From Chiloscyllium plagiosum (taxonomy: Eukaryota): a stretch of 64,000 nucleotides of DNA. Below are positions 1 through 14,084 of the stretch, in pieces. Position numbers and translations under genes: made by a program. Location of the stretch: NCBI RefSeq assembly GCF_004010195.1, contig NC_057719.1, forward strand, positions 48,343,896 to 48,407,895, given 5' to 3'. The notes below the pieces were generated by a model. The model was not told the origin of the DNA. It did not search any database and saw only the letters and a list, made by a program, of their open reading frames with translations. Numbering within the stretch: the first letter of the stretch is position 1; every line of letters begins with the position of its first letter.

Positions 1-685
1 ATTCCTCATCGCTTCTATCTGTCTCTCCAACTGATCCACTCGATCTGATAAAATTTGCATCCAATAGCATTTATGGCAGATATAATCCGCAGTAACCCTT
101 AAACTCTCTTTAAACTCCCACATCTGACAAGAAGTAGATATCACTGCAAAGGCCATTTTTGCTCCTTCACAATCTACAGACCCAGAAAATAACACCGTCT
201 TATTCCTCTACAAACACTGCCCCAGGTTAATTTAATAGCTATGGCTTATATTTTAAGTTTAATCAAGAGACTTATCTCCAAAAACATATAATCAAGAAAG
301 AATCCACTGTACCCACTACTACAGCCTTTCTCTTGGACAGACTTAAAACAACAGTTAACTTATCTGATTCTGTACTGCGAACTTCGCCCAACAGTTCCTC
401 CAAGATTAGTTGTCAATTTCACTGTTTGTTAATTTTCCCAGATCCACCCCGATGACCAGCGATACACGAATTCAAACAGCAAAGGTGGTAACTATGCAGG
501 TTTTCGCTCTCTCTCTCCTGCACTGACCTCACCATGTGCTTCCCTTGTCTGCTCTTCTCCCTTTTAAACTACTGTTGTTTTGACTTTTTTTTCCAAAGTT
601 CCAAAACAATGCAACAGCATATAAAAACAGTAATTGCTGCTCCTGGAATTCGAGGAAATCACCTCCAACACCTAAAATACCTCAA
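1..685 (-). mobile_element. 5' end of a CR1-type LINE (5'UTR plus start of ORF1), running off the window
   Basis: The minus-strand ATG at 156 reads open to base 1: MAFAVISTSCQMWEFKESLRVTADYICHKCYWMQILSDRVDQLERQIEAMRN. This is a CxxC zinc-knuckle plus heptad coiled coil typical of CR1 ORF1 N-termini. The 5'UTR limit is approximate. Confidence 0.7.
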
Positions 686-958
686 TGCCGGTTTCTGAGC
701 TAGCTTTTCTTGGAACAGATTACCAACCTATCATTAGAGGTTTTAGCTTGAGGAAAATCACTCCATCAAACATGGCTGACGAGGAGAGGCCCCCCCCCCC
801 AGTTTGCTTTCCATAGGCATATTCAAAAAATGTATGGCTGCATAATAAGTGCACATTCTTTAGCCATCAAGGTTTAGAACTTGAATTCACAACCTCTGAA
901 GCAAGGGCACATCCTCTGAATTAAAGCTGACATCCTGTGCAAAATGATCTGATAATGT

Positions 959-1179
959 AAAAACCAAAAAAACCTGCGGATGCTGAAAATCGGAAACAAA
1001 AACAGAATTTGCTCATAAAGCTTAGCAGGTGTGGCAGCATCTATGGAGAGAAATTAGAGTTAACATTTCGGGTTGAGTGAGTTCTGAGGAAGGGTCACGC
1101 GACCCGAAACATTAACTCTGATTTCTCTCAACAGGTGCTGCTAGACCGGCTCAGCTTTTCCAGCAATTTCTGTTTTTGT
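959..1179. mobile_element. Palindromic Penelope-derived mini-element with degenerate hammerhead motif
   Basis: Inverted arms (aaaaacagaatttgct.. / ..agcaatttctgttttt). CTGAGGA-A-GGGTC-acgc-GACCC-GAAAC at 1084-1110. Imperfect TSD atctgataatgt 947-958 / atctgcttatgt 1180-1191. Confidence 0.7.
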
Positions 1180-3941
1180 ATCTGCTTATGTTGCTAAGTC
1201 ACTGGTACAAAATATTTTTTACTTGCTTGATCTTTCCCAGCTAGACAAATACCAATGATAGGCCCTATAATTCAGGCAGTGAATGGTGAATCAGAAGTTA
1301 AAGAGAAGCGCACCCATTGCAGGAATTTTTCTGGTTACCTGATGCTATTCTCAGTGGCACTGGGACAAGTTAAACAATACTTTATAGCTTCAGCATCCTA
1401 TCAACCCTGAACTTGTTTGACTCATATCCTTACATTCTAAAAATACTCTGTTGTCACCCTTGTAAAATTGTCAGTCACTATACCTCCTGTAGGCTGTCTG
1501 GAGCTGAAACACTCTTTCATGCTTTTGTCACTCCAATGTTCTTTTGCCTACCAAGTTCCATAAAACTAAGCTCAGCTAAACTATTCTATGCATAAACTAG
1601 CACCACTCACCCATCACTGGTTCTGCTGGCAGACTACAAAGAGGTTAACTTTAAAATTTTATCCTTGTGTTTCAGTCCCTTAATGATTTTACCCTTTGTA
1701 AAACTACAAACAAAACTAAAAACATGCCAAATTATGGTCTCAGTGTCCCATGGCTGGGGATAAGAAGATTGACCTGTATACATTTGCCTAATTGCTTTTC
1801 TGTGGCTGCTTCTTGGAGTATATATGTGTGTATATGAGGTCATACTCAAGCTGAAATGTTCGAGATTCAACTGTCAAATAGTCTGCCAAAGTGTCCTTGC
1901 TTATGGGAAAGTAAAACATAGAGAAGGAAAATGCTGTTTTTGCCTTGTTTATACTTTTGATTAAAAAAAACTATTTAAAAGAATGTGAACAGTTTTGCAT
2001 TGGACTGTTATTAACTTGAATCAGTTCTATATTCTTGCTGATGTAGTTCACTGCACATTCCCATTAATTTTTCTTATGTTTATCTGAATGTTGTTTTGCA
2101 CAGTTTTGCTTGACTTCCTGATAATTCAAATCTCAGGATCAAGTCAGTGAAGAATGTACCAACTGCGTACAAAGTTTACATTTCAGTAGAATCACTGGTT
2201 GGCTATCAAAATTAAGGGAGCAATGTCCATCTGATAAAGAATTCAGTAAAAATTGTCATCGGTTTCCTAAATGGGGACAGCACAACTATGGAACATGAAG
2301 CAATGGAAATATAGTAAAATTATACATATGAAAGCAACAGTAATGAAACTAGGAATTTAATTAATTATTTAAATGTTACTCTCCAATAGCTAGCTTATCA
2401 GTCAGTGGCTAATGCCCTCTGTTTATTATTGATTACATCTACTGCTAATATTTTCCAGCTTCAAATAAAACAATAATAAAAATAGTTTACAAAATGTTTC
2501 TGCTGGAAAGTTATGGTGTGGAGTACAGTAACACTATAAAGGGCACACAAGGATCTAACAATCTGATGTATATCCGTTGTGTCTATATGCATGCATTCAG
2601 CTCTTTTTTTCAAAGCAGAAGTTTCACTTTTCTCTGAAACTTCTCATTTGTTGAAGACATTAATCCTTGTTTATTTCATGGTTTATATTGTTCTTGTTGA
2701 TTTCTGGTACCTCAGCAAAATGACCATTCTTTGTATGTAAATTCAAATGCAAATAAAAATTAGCCACAGAGGATAAACACAGCCAAGTTGGATTGGCAAT
2801 AGATCTGCACTGTGCAATTGTAGAAAAATGAGTTGTAGTGAATTTCCATGGAGATAAAAATCAAGAATATGTAAAATGTATAACCCACATGCTAACACCT
2901 GTTTTAAATGATCACACAAAGTTAAGATTTATCCCGTTGTACTCTCAGAGGACATATATATACATTTTTGGCAGCAATCACTTAATGATGACATAGAAAC
3001 AGGACAAATACTGATTCTGTCCCTACCCACAGGATCAAACTGGCATTAAACATTGACTGATAAATTAGCCATTGGGGAATGAAATTTCAGTAATTAAGTA
3101 TATTGCCAACTTCAATATTAGTTACTTTCAAGTATGCAACTGACTATTAATTTTACTATATTTCCATTGCTTCACATTCCATGCAAACTGTTCAGCATCA
3201 CCCAACCTCAGTTAATCAGGATAGCAATTAGTGATGGGGAGTCTAATTGATTTTCTTCATGCTAAGCCCATTAATGCTTCCATATGGAGATCAACTATGT
3301 TAGTGCAAACTGGAGATCAAACCTTCGATTTTATTGGTGTGCATAGGTACACACACAGTGACATGATACTGACGTTTACATTGAGACTGGCAGCTTTATT
3401 AATTTAAAGCTAAAACTAAAACCTAAAAATAAAATAATAAAGCAGTGTAAACAATGTCTGTTTTTGTATTTTAAAAATGCAATAACACCATAGAAATAGA
3501 GTTTGTTTGTCAGGTAAGGTATTTTTTAAAAACTGGTTGTCCCAGGAGTTTAGAATTTTACTCAGTCTGCCAGTAGTTGAAGTTTGAAACTACTTTATCA
3601 TTTACTTTCTGACAATGCATTTAGAAAGATATTCCCTTTTATTTTTGCAGTGACTTAACAAGTGGAATAAAACATGTTTGTAGTTTTGGGCTGCTGCTCA
3701 TTTCAAAATGAATGCAATGCAAGCTGCCTTGGTTTTGCTGTTATTAAAGTAATTTCTCAACTTCTGTTTCATTGAAGTTTCAAGATCTTTTATAATTGTT
3801 AATAGTAAGAATGCAAGGTAGGGACTGATGATCACTGAACGACTTATAAAAAACACTACTCCTAAATGTGTAACTGAATAAACAGAGATCGGTCCATTGT
3901 TTCTCTAAATATGAGAAGCATAATTACAAAAAAAATTCTAG

Positions 3942-4632
3942 TTTTATTTATTTATTGTCATGTGTATCTCATTATAAAATACAGTGAAAGGTGTTGGATA
4001 GTGTTGCCACTCCCTGAAGCCATTTTAAAACACAGAAAAATAAACCAAAACATAGAATATAAAGGCAGAAAAATGAAGAAATAAAAAAAATCCAACTTTA
4101 CAATGCTTCTTGTTAAGTGCTCTGGATTGGTTCATGGGCCTTGTGGCCAGGCACAGGTCTCTCTTCAGCACCATCTTGCCCCCACCACCAATGCCGCCGG
4201 GTACTACACCATCCAAAACTCGACTCTGCTGCTGTCTGCTCCGGGCCCACCTCGACAGTGCAACTGCTGCTGATGCTGCTAGCTATCATACTGGGCCCAA
4301 ACCCGCCACCCCGCCACCTCCTTGAATCTGCTGGATGCAGGCGCCACTGGGAATCCAAACTTGCCTCCGCCACAGCAGCCATGAGTCAGTGCTAGGATCA
4401 CCTTGATGATGAAAAAGCCGACAAGAACCCAAACCCGCCTCTGAAGCCACTACCATAAGTCCAGGCTACTGGGCCCACACAAGTGTGTGCTGCTGATGCT
4501 GTTACCATGACCAAGCTCTTCAACAAGACATAAATAAAATGAAATTTAAATAGTGAGGGAAAAAAGTAAAAGAAAAGCAGGTGGAGTGGATGAGCCCCAG
4601 GCTCAGAAGCCCTACTCCTCCACCATCTTAGC
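3942..4632 (-). mobile_element. Non-autonomous retroelement with Rex1/Babar-like 3' tail
   Basis: Homologous to 45350-46040. The minus-strand end TTCACTGT...TGACAATAAA(TAAA)n resembles the LINE tail at 21236-21290. No ORF. Confidence 0.55.
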
Positions 4633-4689
4633 AAAAAACAATTTACAAATCATCTTTTACATCAAATATCCATTTTTCAAATTCTAGCG

Positions 4690-5040
4690 GAGGGCATTAC
4701 TGGAAAGGCTAGCATTTGTTGCCCAGCTGTAATTGCTCATGAACTGAATAGCTTGCTAGGCCATTTCAGAAGGCAGTTAATAGTTAACCACATTGCAATA
4801 GGCCTGGAATTTCATATTGGCAGAGCAGGTAAGGACAGTAGATTTCCTTCTCTAAAGACATTAGTGAACCAGATGGGTTTTAGCAACAATCGATATGGTC
4901 ACCATTCGACTAGCTTTTAATACCAAATCTTACTTTATTCAAATGTCACCATCTAACATTAGGACTTGAGTCCATGATTCCAAAGGGTTAGCATTCTGGA
5001 TTTCTAGTTCAGTAACATTACCTCTATGCCACTGCCTTCC
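4690..5040 (-). mobile_element. tRNA-headed SINE (family 2) with LINE-derived tail
   Basis: Reverse complement of the core seen at 30585-30930 (ggttcactaatgtcctttagggaaggaaatct-like). Confidence 0.65.
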
Positions 5041-5109
5041 CCATTTAATGATTGTGTTAGTGAGAAGATTGTAGTTTCTAACTATTATATGTTATTTACA
5101 ATTTTAGAT

Positions 5110-7050
5110 AATTAACAAGTTTTAGAAAGTGGAGAGAAGGCTCAGTTAGGGGGCTTGAGAGTTATAAGTTAGCCAGAAAAGATCTAAAGAGAGGGCTAAG
5201 AAGAGCCAGGAGGGGTCATGAGAAGTTGTTGGTGGATAGGATCAAGGAAAACCCTCAGGCCTTCGATAGGTATATCAGGAATACAAGAATGACTAGAGTA
5301 AGAATACCAATCAAAGATAGTAGTGGGAAGTTGTGTGTGGAATCTGAGGATGTAGGGAAAGCGCTTAATGAATACTTTTTGTGAGTATTCACATTGGAAA
5401 AAGGCAATGTTAGTGAGAATATGGAGAAACAGGCTACTAGATTAGATGGGATTGTGGTTGACAAAGAGGAGGTTTTAGCAATTTTGGAAGATCTGAAAAT
5501 AGATAAGATTGCTGGGCTGGATGGGATTTATCCTTGGATTCTCTGGGAAGCCAGGGAGAAGATTGCAGAGCTTTTGTCTTTGACCTTTATGTCATCATTG
5601 TCGACAGGAGTAGTGCCAGAAGACTGGAGGATAGCAAATGTTCTTCCCTTATTTAAGAAGGAGAGTCAGGACAACCTCGGTAATTATAGGTTCGTGAGCC
5701 TTACTTTGGTTGTGGGTAAGGTGTTGGAAAAGATTATAAGAGATAGGATTTATAATCATCTGAAAAGGAATAAGTTGATTAGAGATAGTCAACACGGCTT
5801 TGCGAAGGGTAGTTCGTGCCTCACTAACCTTATTGAGTTCTTCGAGAAGGTGACAAATAGGTGGATGAAGGTAAAGTGGTTGATGTGGTGTATATGGTCT
5901 TCAGTTAGACATTTGATAAGGTGCCACACGTTAGGCTGTTGCACAAAATACGGAGTTTCAGGATTGAAGGTGATTTAGCGGTTTGGATCAGAAATTGGCC
6001 AGCTGAGAGAAGACAGGGTGGTGGTTGATGGGAAATTTTCATCCTAGTGCTCAGTTACCAGTGGTGTGCCACAAAGATCTGTTTTGGGGCCACTGCTATT
6101 TGTCATTTTTATAAATGATCTGGATGTGAGCATAGAAGGATGGGTTAGTAAATTTGCGGATGATACTAAGGTAGGCAGAGTTGTGTATAGGGCTAAAGGA
6201 TGTTGTGGGTTACATAGGGACATAGATAAGATGCAGAGCTGGGCTGAGAAGTGGCAAATGGAGTTTAATACGGAAAAGTGTGAGGTAGTTCATTTCGGAA
6301 GAAGTAACAGGAATGCAGAGTACTGGGCTAATAATAAAATTCTTGGCAGTGTAGATGAACACAGGGATCTCGGTGTTTAGGTGGTTAAATCCCTGAAAAT
6401 TGCCACCCAAGTTGATAGGGTTGTAAGAAAGCATATGGTGTGTTGGCGTTTATTGGTAGGAGGATTGAGTTTCGTAGTCACGAGGTAATGCTTCAGCTGT
6501 ACAAAACACTGGTAAGATCACACCTGGAGTATTGTGTACAGATCTGGCCACCGCATTATAGGAAGGATGTGGAAGCTTTGGAAAGGGTTCAGAGAACATT
6601 TACTAGGATGTTGCCTGATATGGAAGGCAGGTCTTAGAGGAAAGACTGAAGTAACTGAGGCTGTTTTATGTTGGAGAGAAGAAGGCTGAGAGGTGACTTA
6701 ATTGAGACGTATAAGATAATCAGCGGGTTAGATAGGGTGGACAATGAAAGCCTTTTTCCTCAGATGGTGAAGGCTAACACGAGGGGACATAGCTTTAAAT
6801 TGAGGGGTGATAGATTTAGGACACATATCAGAGATAGTTTCTTTACTCAGAGAATAGTTGCGGCTTGGAATGGCCTGCCTGCAACAATAGTAAGACTCAC
6901 CGACGTTAAGGGCATTTAAATGGGCATTGGACATACATATGGATTATACAGGAATGGTGTAGGTTAGATGGACATCAGATTAATTTCACAGGTCGACGCA
7001 ACATCGAGGGCCAAGGGCCTGTTTTATGCTGTAACGTTCTATGTTCTATA
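5110..7050 (+). mobile_element. 5'-truncated CR1 LINE (ORF2 RT pseudogene plus 3'UTR)
   Basis: Motifs GLDGIYP, PEDWRIANV.PLFKK, NYR.VSL, SQHGF, PQRSVLGPLLF, KFADDTK, LYKTLVRSHLEYC, ERRRLRGDLIE, with frameshifts. Ends in a (ttctatg)n tail. Confidence 0.92.
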
Positions 7051-8094
7051 TTCCACACAACCTGGCTTCGGATCAGCACAATCTTCCAATCCAAATACTA
7101 CTTTGTAGAATGAATGTGACAAGGCATTTACATGGTGTGATCAGAAAAAGAAAATATTGTTAATTCAACAAGCTTAATGCTAAACGAGGGTTTTTTTCTT
7201 AGTCCTCAAGCCTGTTAGCTAGTCGTGCTTGTCACCAGCTGCAATAATTATAAGTGTTAATAATTGTCCTGTCTAGAATGAATGGTACAACATTGAACAG
7301 AGTAATACAGAAGATCCAGAGAGCAAAGTATTTCTTTCATGTTACTTTTGAAAGAAACTATAATATGCTTGATTTGAAATCAAAAGATTGAATTGTGAAA
7401 ATGATATTAATCCACTCTGTTCATTTTGGTGAAAAACACTGATTGAAAGGTGTTCAACATGTAACATTGTACAATGGGAGGTAGTGGGCTAATCAAATGG
7501 CAGTTGGTCAACCCTTTGAGTACAGAAATCTCATCTTCCTATTCAATTCAAGATATCTAAGTCTACAGATGGATAATTTTTTGTTTTTGGTTGGAAAATA
7601 TAAATTGCTAGAACAGTTTCTATGTTGAAATTGTGATCAGGTTTGATAAGTTAATTAGACATCAATTAGCACATTTAACAAAGGACAGTACTGACTTCAG
7701 GTGCGTACTGTGCATGCTAGCTCGGAAAAGCAGTTTCTACAACTTATATTTATACAACACTTCTAATATAATGAAAAGTTCCATAAAAGGAGCATTATAA
7801 AGCGATATACGATACTAAGACATAAGGAAATATGAGCCAGAATCTTTCCCCAAATTGGGTGGGGGCTGCTCCAGTTCCAGTGGTGTATCATGTTCCTGCT
7901 AATAGTGTTGGATCCAGAGAACTCTAGTTATTTGACTGGTTGGAAAGTCTTGGAGACCAAACATAGTCCCAGATTGTAGTGGAAGTCAATGCCTCAAAAT
8001 CTGCTTGTGGATTCCTGGCCAAGCAAAAGTGGTTGCATCATTAACTTTTCACTTGAAGTTGAGGACACTGTCTCCATGAAGGTCTCTGCCTATT

Positions 8095-8610
8095 AGGTCA
8101 ACTGACCAAAAGTTTAGTCAAAGAAGTTGTTTTTATGGAATGTCGTAAAAAGTGAGATCATGAGGAGAGACTTAGCAACTAATCAACTAAAGCAGCAGGC
8201 AACAGTAGTGTAGTGATTAAGATCAGGAATGAATTAGAGCAGTGCAGATATCTCAGAAGTTTTATGGAGATTATAGAGATAGGAAGGGGTGAGGATATGG
8301 AGGAATTTGACAGAATAGGAGTCAGTAGACCATGGTGATGATACCTTGTAGCTTGCTCACTTGGAGTGTACAGATTGATAAGTGGACAGCATTTGGTGTG
8401 AGTCAGAAGAAGGCTAGCAGAGTTTTGGATGATCTTAAGTTTACAAAGACAGGAGACCAGCCAGGCCATGTTAGCATAATTAAGTATACAATCAACAAAA
8501 GCTGGAATGAATGTTTCAGCAGCAGGTGAGCTGATGCAGGAACAAAGTCAGGTGATGTTACAGATGGAAATATATGTGGGCTTAGTGATGGTACAATTAT
8601 GTGATCTAAA
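8095..8610 (-). mobile_element. Degraded L2 LINE fragment
   Basis: KLKIIQNSASLLLTHTK resembles the L2 C-terminal LQ..QN.AAR.LT motif. It continues at 10975-11490 beyond the CR1 insertion. Confidence 0.55.
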
Positions 8611-8611
8611 A

Positions 8612-10966
8612 TTTAAAATTCTGAATTGGAGAATTACCAACTTTGATGGTACTGGACAATAACTTTTTAAAGTTGATTGGGAGAAGCTATTCACAGGAAA
8701 AGAGATGGTTTGTAAAGTGGGAGCCCTTTAAAAAATAAGATAACGAGAGTCTAGAGGCAGTGTTCCAGTTATGGTGAAGGGTGAGGCTGAAAAGTGTGGG
8801 GAATGCTGGATGACTAGAGAAATTGAGGCTCTGGTTAAGGAAAAGAAGGAGGCATTTGTCAGGTACAGACAGCTGGAATCAAGTGAATCCCTGGAGGAGT
8901 ATAGGGCAGTAGGAGTATACTTGAGGGAAATCAGGAGGGCAAAATGGGAAATGAGATAGCTTTGGTAAATAGCATTAAATGTATTTGTAGAATCTCCGTA
9001 GGAGTAACCAGGGAGAGAATAGACCCCCTTAAAGATCAACAAGACCATCTATGCGTAGAACCACAGGAGATGGATGAGATACTAAACAAATATTTCATGT
9101 CAGTATTTACTGAGAAGGATATGGAAGCTAGAGAACTTAGGGAAAAGATAGCAATATCTTAAAGTGTCCACATTACAAAGGAAGTGCTGGATGACTTAAA
9201 ATGCATAAAGGTGGATAAGACCCCAAGACCTGATCAGGTGTGTCCCAGAACTTTGTGGGAAGCTAGGGAATTACTTGCCAGGCTTCTTGCTGAAATATTT
9301 GTATCATCAGTCGCCACAGGTGATGTGCTGGAAGACTTGAGGTTGGCTAATGTGGTGCCATTATTTAAGAAAGGTGGTAAGGAATAGCCAGGGAATTACT
9401 GACTGGTGAGCCTGACATCAGTGATGGGTGGGTTGTTGGAAGGGATTCTGAGGGACATGATTTACATGCATTTGGAAAGACAAAGACAGATTTAGGGTAG
9501 TCAACATAGCTTTGTAGGCGAAAGTGAGGACTGCAGATGCTGAAGATCAGAATCAAGATTAGAGTGGTGCTGGAAAAGCGCAGCAGGTCAGGCAGCATCC
9601 GAGGAGCAGGGAAATGGAAGTTTAGGGCAGGAGCCCTTCATTAGGAAACATTCCTGATGAAGGGTTCCTGCCTGAAACGTCGAATTTCCTGCTCCTCGGA
9701 TGCTGCCTGACCTGCTGTGCGTTTCCAGCACCACTCTAATCTTGGCATGTGAAATTGTATCTAATTAACTTCATTGAATGTTTTGAAGAAGTAAGAAAGA
9801 TTATAAAGGCAGAGCGGTGTACGTTGTCTTTATGGACTTCAGCAAGGCTTTCGACAAAGTTCCGCATGGTTTACTGATTAGCAAGGTTAGATCACATGGA
9901 ATTCAGAGAGAACTAGCCATTTAGATAAAGTTAGCTTGAAGGTGGGAGACAGAAGATGGAGGTGGACGCCTGTGATCAGTGGTGTGCTGCAATCACTGCT
10001 TTTTGTCATTAATATAAATGATTTGGATGTGAATGTAGAACGTGTAGTTAGTAAGTTTGCAGATGATTCCAAAATTGGTGGTGTAGTAGAATAGTGGAGA
10101 AGGTTATCTCAGAGTATAATGGGACCTTGATCAGATGGACCAATGGGTTGAGAAATGGCAGATGAAGTTTAATTTACATAAACACGAGGTGTTGCACTTT
10201 GGTAAGGCAAATCAGGGCAGGATGCATACATTTAATGGTCGGGTTCTGGGGAGTGTTGCTTAAAAACAAGAGACCTTGGGGTTCCTTGAAAGTGGAATCC
10301 CAGGTATACAGAGTAATGAAAAAGGCATTTAACACACTTGCCTATATTAGTCAATGCATTGAGTTTAGGAATTGAGATGTCATGTTGCCGCTGTACAGGA
10401 CATTGGTTAGACCACTTTTGGAATACTGTGTTTCATTCTGGTCTCTGTGCTATAGGAAAGATACTGTTAAACTTGAAAGGATTCAGAAAAGACTTACAAG
10501 GATGTTGGCGTGATTGGAGGGTTTGAGCTATAGTGAGAGGCTGAATAGGCTGGGGTGATTTTCCTTGCAACCTCAGAAGCTGGGGGGTGACATTATAGAG
10601 GATTATAAAATAATGAGGGTCAGGGATTGGGTGAATAGCTAAGGTTTCTTCCCAGAGTAGGGGAGTCAAAAACTAGAAGGCATAGGTTTAAAGGAGAGGA
10701 GAAAGATTTAAGAGGAACCTAAGGGGCAACCTCTTTCATGCAGAGGGTGGTGCATGTATGGAATGAGCTGGCAGAAGAAGTGTGGAGGCTTGTACAATTA
10801 CAATATTTAAAAGACATCTGGGTGGGTACATGAATAGGAAGGGGTTGAGGGATATAAGCCAAATGCTGGCAAATGGGACTAGGTTAATTTTGGATATCTG
10901 ATTGGAATGGATGAGTTGGACTGAAGGGTTTGCTTCTGTGCTGTACAAATATATGACTACGACTCT
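8612..10966 (+). mobile_element. CR1 LINE ORF2 pseudogene (interrupted at 9518-9744)
   Basis: Motifs DKTPRPDQVCPRTL, RLANVVPLFKKG, DFSKAFDKVPH, KFADD. 3'UTR ends atgactacgactct. Confidence 0.9.
9518..9744. mobile_element. Palindromic Penelope mini-element with hammerhead motifs
   Basis: Inverted arms aagattagagtggtgctggaaa.. / ..tttccagcaccactctaatctt. CTGATGA..GAAACGTC at 9654-9681 (+), with a decayed copy on the minus strand. Confidence 0.8.
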
Positions 10967-10974
10967 AGAAATTC

Positions 10975-11490
10975 ATTTTAGGATCACATATGTCACTAAG
11001 ATTGTATAGAGTCCAGATGAAGTGCTTAACCAGTGAGCAGAATTTAAACAGGGACCATAAACAATAAGTGAGAGACTGTCAGATTTGTAGTGTGTACTGG
11101 ATATCCTGTTCAGGTCCAGACTGGGTTGGTCTAAGTGTTGTCCGGAGTCCATGTGGAATCAGACTGTGGCTGAAGAGCTTCAGGGCAGTGGAGAGGACCT
11201 GTGGAGTACAGTGAGAGAGGGACCACAAACAAGAACTTTTGTCTGTCCAATATTTAAATGAAGAAAATTTCTGCTTACCCAGCACCGGAAGTTCAATAAG
11301 CAGTCTGATATTCCAGCAGTGAGGCATTCGAGAGCAATGGGCATGGTGATAGTGATGGTGAACTGGATGTTGTCAGCTTACATGTGAAAACTAATACCAT
11401 ACTGTTTGGAAGATCTCGCCAAGAGGCAACATGTAAATGAGAAGTAGGAAGATTTGTAAATGGATCCTTGGAGGACTCTAAGAAAGCTTC
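10975..11490 (-). mobile_element. Degraded L2-like LINE fragment (RT region)
   Basis: Minus strand reads ..cacatgtaagctgacaacatccag.. (decayed H.YADD.Q). Same orientation as 8095-8610. Confidence 0.5.
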
Positions 11491-12659
11491 AAATTATTGA
11501 TAGCAAATTTCCATGCTTAAGTGCACATGTGTGGACTTCAGAAATTGTTGTCACTTTGAGAATAATGACAGCAAATTCATTACTACTGAAAAGTTGAGGT
11601 AGTAATGAAATTCCAGAATAGGAGAGAAACATCAATTGGAAAACTTTCCTGTCAGGGTTAAAAGAAGATACAAACTTTAGGCAGGTTCTATATATGTTTA
11701 ATTTCCTGGGTTCACCAGCAATTCTATGCATCACTTTCTCACCGGCCAAATAGAATCTGTGCCTTTTTAATAGTGTAAGCCCCAAAGCACTGAAGAGATA
11801 AAGATATCTATTTATCTTCTGGCTGGAGCCCTTTTTGGAAAAAAAACAATTGCTTGCATATACTTGTTGCTTTGTTGGTGAATGCTTGTAGATACTGTAC
11901 TAAATTTCTGGTGGCAAATCAGATGGGCAATGCTACAGTCTCAGGTTGCCATCCTGGAATATTAACATGGCCTAGTCTTGTGTTTTGTAGAAAACTTTGA
12001 TATTGAGTCCCATTCTCAATTCTAGAAACCACCAATTACAGTTGCAATCATTTAATACTACATATTGTTTTTAAAAATTTTAAAATGCAAGTATCATAAA
12101 GAAATCTAAACAAAATAACATGGAACTCTATTACTGTGCATTTTTAAAAACTCTTGTGTTTCTGTTTCTTAGAAATTGAGAAGTGAAGATTAAACTATGA
12201 GGTGTTAATCAGTTTTATTGTGGTTACTATTGTATCCATGCTTACTTTATTAACAAATGAATAGAGGAGAAAGATCAATTGTTTTAACATATCTGTGAGT
12301 TTGCACTGAATTAACATTGATTTTGATATATATTTAATGCACATTCACTATATGACTGAATCGCAGAGCTGGATAACTGCCAAGCAGTGTCCTGGAAATA
12401 GTGAATTGATCAGATTTACATCATGCCAACTTGATTCTAACAGCTAACTATGAGAGTGAATTTCCACATGGGTTCTCTCTGTTGGCTGCCAAACTTTTGT
12501 GATAAAAACCATGAAAACTCCAGAAGATTAAGCAAGTAGTGTTCTGTCATTTTTTCTGGGCTTTCCACAGTTTCTTCCTGGAATTACAGCAGACAAGAGG
12601 GAGAATTACTATGGAAATTCTGATAAAGACTCCTACACTGCCTCTGGAAATTCACATAC

Positions 12660-13299
12660 TGTGATGATATTATAGTTTTAAGAGGTGTATTTTGTCCTGG
12701 TTTCTTTTGAAGAGAGGTTTTAACGCACAGCTGCATACCTGTCTATTGAAAAACATAAATTAAACAGCTTGTGAGGCCTTTGGGTTTTTTAAAAAAAGTT
12801 GAAACAATAGAAGCAGCCTGAATGGGTAGAGTCAAGCTCACACAGAGCCAGGATTTTGAGTTTAGGTTTTCAGCAGTAGTTGCTGGGTCTTAAAGCAGGG
12901 TTTGGAAGCTGCATTACATCTCTCCTTGCTACTCTCTCTCTCTCAGAGATTGTTCTTGATAACTTTCCCTCCTGCTGCTGGAATTGCCTGTAAGACAATC
13001 TATTGATCTGACCTTGCCTTTTGCCAAGGGTGTGTTTATGGGATGTTACTATATTGGAACTGTTATTTAGTAGTAATTAATAATCTATTATTCTGTTATG
13101 TTTTCTAATAGAGTTGTATTTCTGTTATATTTTAACTACTGTGTATGAATACTGTGTGTTTTGCTTCAAATCTGGAAGTTTGACTAATCAAATTGCATCT
13201 AGAATGCAACACCTTACACTTACCTTTAAAATAAGAAAAACTTTGGGTCTGCTCTATCTTCTGAATATATTTTGCGGGGGTATAGTTTGGTCCATAATA
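12660..13299 (+). mobile_element. Solo LTR (Gypsy-type)
   Basis: Termini TGTGATG...CATAATA (imperfect TG..CA inverted ends), flanked by a 4-bp direct repeat ATAC (12656-12659, 13300-13303). Confidence 0.6.
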
Positions 13300-14084
13300 A
13301 TACATATACATGCCCCATGGAACTCACATACACACAATACACAACACAAATAGACTTTGTGGAAATTCACATGCACACGCATTACATAAGAGACACATGT
13401 CTTCCTTGTCAAAATACACATATACTAATGTAATTATTCCTGTCTTCTGGAAGGAAGGAGAGGTGGATTGAGGTGATCTGCTAAATTCTGAAGGAAGTTA
13501 GAGCATCCATCATCATCCTACCACGATACCAGCTGCAGGAAAGATGGAGGATACAGATTAATTAAATTGGATTTCTTCTAACATTTGGTGAGCTCAGTGC
13601 TGTATTTGATGGCCTCCCTGCCACCTCTGGGTGGGGAAGAAGATTTAATGGACACTCTTTGCCCCAGGGAGGAGAACTTAGAGGCAATGATAACTGAAAC
13701 AACAGTGTCTGGCTGCCTTCACCAACACCCCTACTTTGCTTACACTTATCAAATTGCCTCTCTGTCCTCCTGCCTCACGTACGGTTTGGTGGTTGTCCTT
13801 GTGTGGCATCATCTTCATTCAGCTAAATTTGCAAAGGTGGCTACCAGACCTGATGGCATTGCTAAGTTGACAATCCCCTGGTTGGCCAATAGCAGCCATG
13901 CTGTAAAAGGACCACACCCTGATAGCAAGTAATTTATCGCCTGATACCAGTAAAATGCGATGGGACCTGCAAACAGCAGACATGGGTTCATCCTCTATTT
14001 CTGGCATTTCTCTGGGACTTTGTCGAGAGAATAAAGTTCAGTCAAATCTCTCATATACACTAATGTAAACATTTAACAAAAATA

